Shown here piece by piece: positions 38,233 through 39,198 of a DNA stretch of 39,198 bases. The notes under the pieces are model-generated. The model saw only the letters and a list, made by a program, of their open reading frames with translations, ran no database searches and was not told the origin of the DNA. Position 1 is the first letter of the stretch, and each line of letters opens with the position of its first letter. The stretch lies in the IMG/VR virus record IMGVR_UViG_3300008266_000343, positions 1-39,198 of that record; one strand, written 5' to 3'. Origin of the DNA: a virus (Duplodnaviria > Caudoviricetes). Position numbers and translations under genes: made by a program.

Positions 38233-39198
38233 CTACGCAAACTTAGTTTGTGATCCAAGAACCAAGTACGCTGGTGAAGCTGAAGTTTTAACTACTGTAA
38301 ATGTATATAAATCTACAGAACTTGTGTTTCCACCCGTTGGTGCAGTTCCTCCCTGCCACTTAGGTGTTACTGCAGATCCGTCTACTTGAATTACTGATGG
38401 ATAATATGCTGTAGCACCACTTGTGTTCATCCAAACAAATGTGATTGATTCTCCTACGCTTAACTTAGAAGACAATGATGTTGATGAATTATATCTAAAA
38501 TTTAATGTATGGTTAGCTGTTGCATCAGAAGTATAATAATAAATTGTTGATGTTTCTGCATCCATATTTATTGTTCCAGTTGCTGCTGAGGCAACAATAT
38601 TTGCAGTTTCTGTTCCAGATAAGAATGTTGGATAACTTAATGTTTTATCTACAAGTGTCTGTGCTCCAAGTAGTGTTACTTCGCCTGCTGGACCAGTTGG
38701 TCCTGTTGGTCCTACTGGACCAGTTGGTCCTGTTGGTCCTGCAACTGTTGAGTTTGCACCTGATGGACCAGTTGGGCCTTCTGCACCTACTGGACCTGAT
38801 GGACCTGATGGGCCCGCTGGGCCTTGTGGTCCTGATGGACCTGTTGCACCTGCTGGACCAGTTGGACCTGTATCACCTGTTGGTCCAGGAACTACTGAGT
38901 CTGTACCAGAAGGACCTTGTGGTCCTGTTGGACCTGTTGGCCCTGTTGCACCAGTAGGTCCTTGAATACTTCCAACGTTTTCCCATGAAGATGATGTTGC
39001 AGACCAAACATATAATGATCCACCAATTAAATAACCGTCTCCAGGATTTCCTGTTGGATGTGCTGTTTGAAGTTCGCCTAATGAATTATACGTTCCAAGG
39101 ATTGTTACCGCCGTTCCCTGTGGTCCTGATGGACCTGTTGCACCAGTTGCGCCTACTGGACCTTGTGGCCCTGAAGGGCCTGTTGCACCTGCTGGACC
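38233..39198 (-). CDS. Collagen-like fibre protein (5' end beyond the window)
   Basis: A single open frame from 39198 to stop 38233 (322 codons): Gly-X-Y runs, then a globular C-terminus ...[14 protein letters not shown]...[11 protein letters not shown]. The track shows only the last 110 aa. Confidence 0.88.
   Translation of the reverse strand, partial: GPAGATGPSGPQGPVGATGATGPSGPQGTAVTILGTYNSLGELQTAHPTGNPGDGYLIGGSLYVWSATSSSWENVGSIQGPTGATGPTGPTGPQGPSGTDSVVPGPTGDTGPTGPAGATGPSGPQGPAGPSGPSGPVGAEGPTGPSGANSTVAGPTGPTGPVGPTGPTGPAGEVTLLGAQTLVDKTLSYPTFLSGTETANIVASAATGTINMDAETSTIYYYTSDATANHTLNFRYNSSTSLSSKLSVGESITFVWMNTSGATAYYPSVIQVDGSAVTPKWQGGTAPTGGNTSSVDLYTFTVVKTSASPAYLVLGSQTKFA
38686..39198 (-). repeat. 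Collagen Gly-X-Y coding repeats including a 27-nt tandem duplication
   Basis: GGN CCN NCN periodicity; CTGGACCAGTTGGTCCTGTTGGTCCT[A/G] occurs twice at 38688-38741. Confidence 0.9.

Noticed and set aside
1122-38957. All plus-strand ORFs in the track (e.g. 11551-12090, 12100-12459, 31324-31914, 38520-38957)
   Set aside because: They are antisense shadows of well-supported minus-strand genes, with low-complexity translations, no RBS and no motifs.
38686-39198. Periodic repeats as a CRISPR array or non-coding satellite
   Set aside because: The 9-nt periodicity encodes Gly-X-Y in an open frame, and there are no unique spacers.
1-39198. Alternative genetic code, tRNAs, diversity-generating retroelement, integrase
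   Set aside because: Genes are full length in the standard code and end in TAA, TAG and TGA. Intergenic gaps are short with no cloverleaf. No reverse transcriptase, TR/VR pair or recombinase motif was seen.

Overview
This window is a dense, AT-rich (roughly mid-30s % GC by eye) segment of a large tailed phage with siphovirus-type gene organisation. All credible genes lie on the minus strand. Reading in transcription order (right to left) it carries: collagen-like, glycine-rich and lectin-like fibre/decoration genes; portal; prohead protease-scaffold; major capsid; neck/connector genes; tail tube; tail chaperones with a -1 frameshift; a 2128-aa tape measure protein; tail-tip genes; and a fibre with a self-cleaving chaperone domain. 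A replication module follows (metallophosphoesterase, Zn ribbon, HTH protein, DnaB, primase, SSB, DnaE, MazG-like, RecA-like). Gene content and leaderless extended -10 promoters suggest a low-GC actinobacterial host (inference). The main oddities are: eight [FYM]-x-x-G-G-x-[VI] motifs that divide the tape measure protein into possible cargo modules; a DnaE lacking the motif that carries the third catalytic Asp; a frameshift that displaces the scaffold C-terminus; and a promoter-operator-terminator switch in front of the replication operon. No tRNA, rRNA, CRISPR array, integrase, terminase or lysin was recognised.
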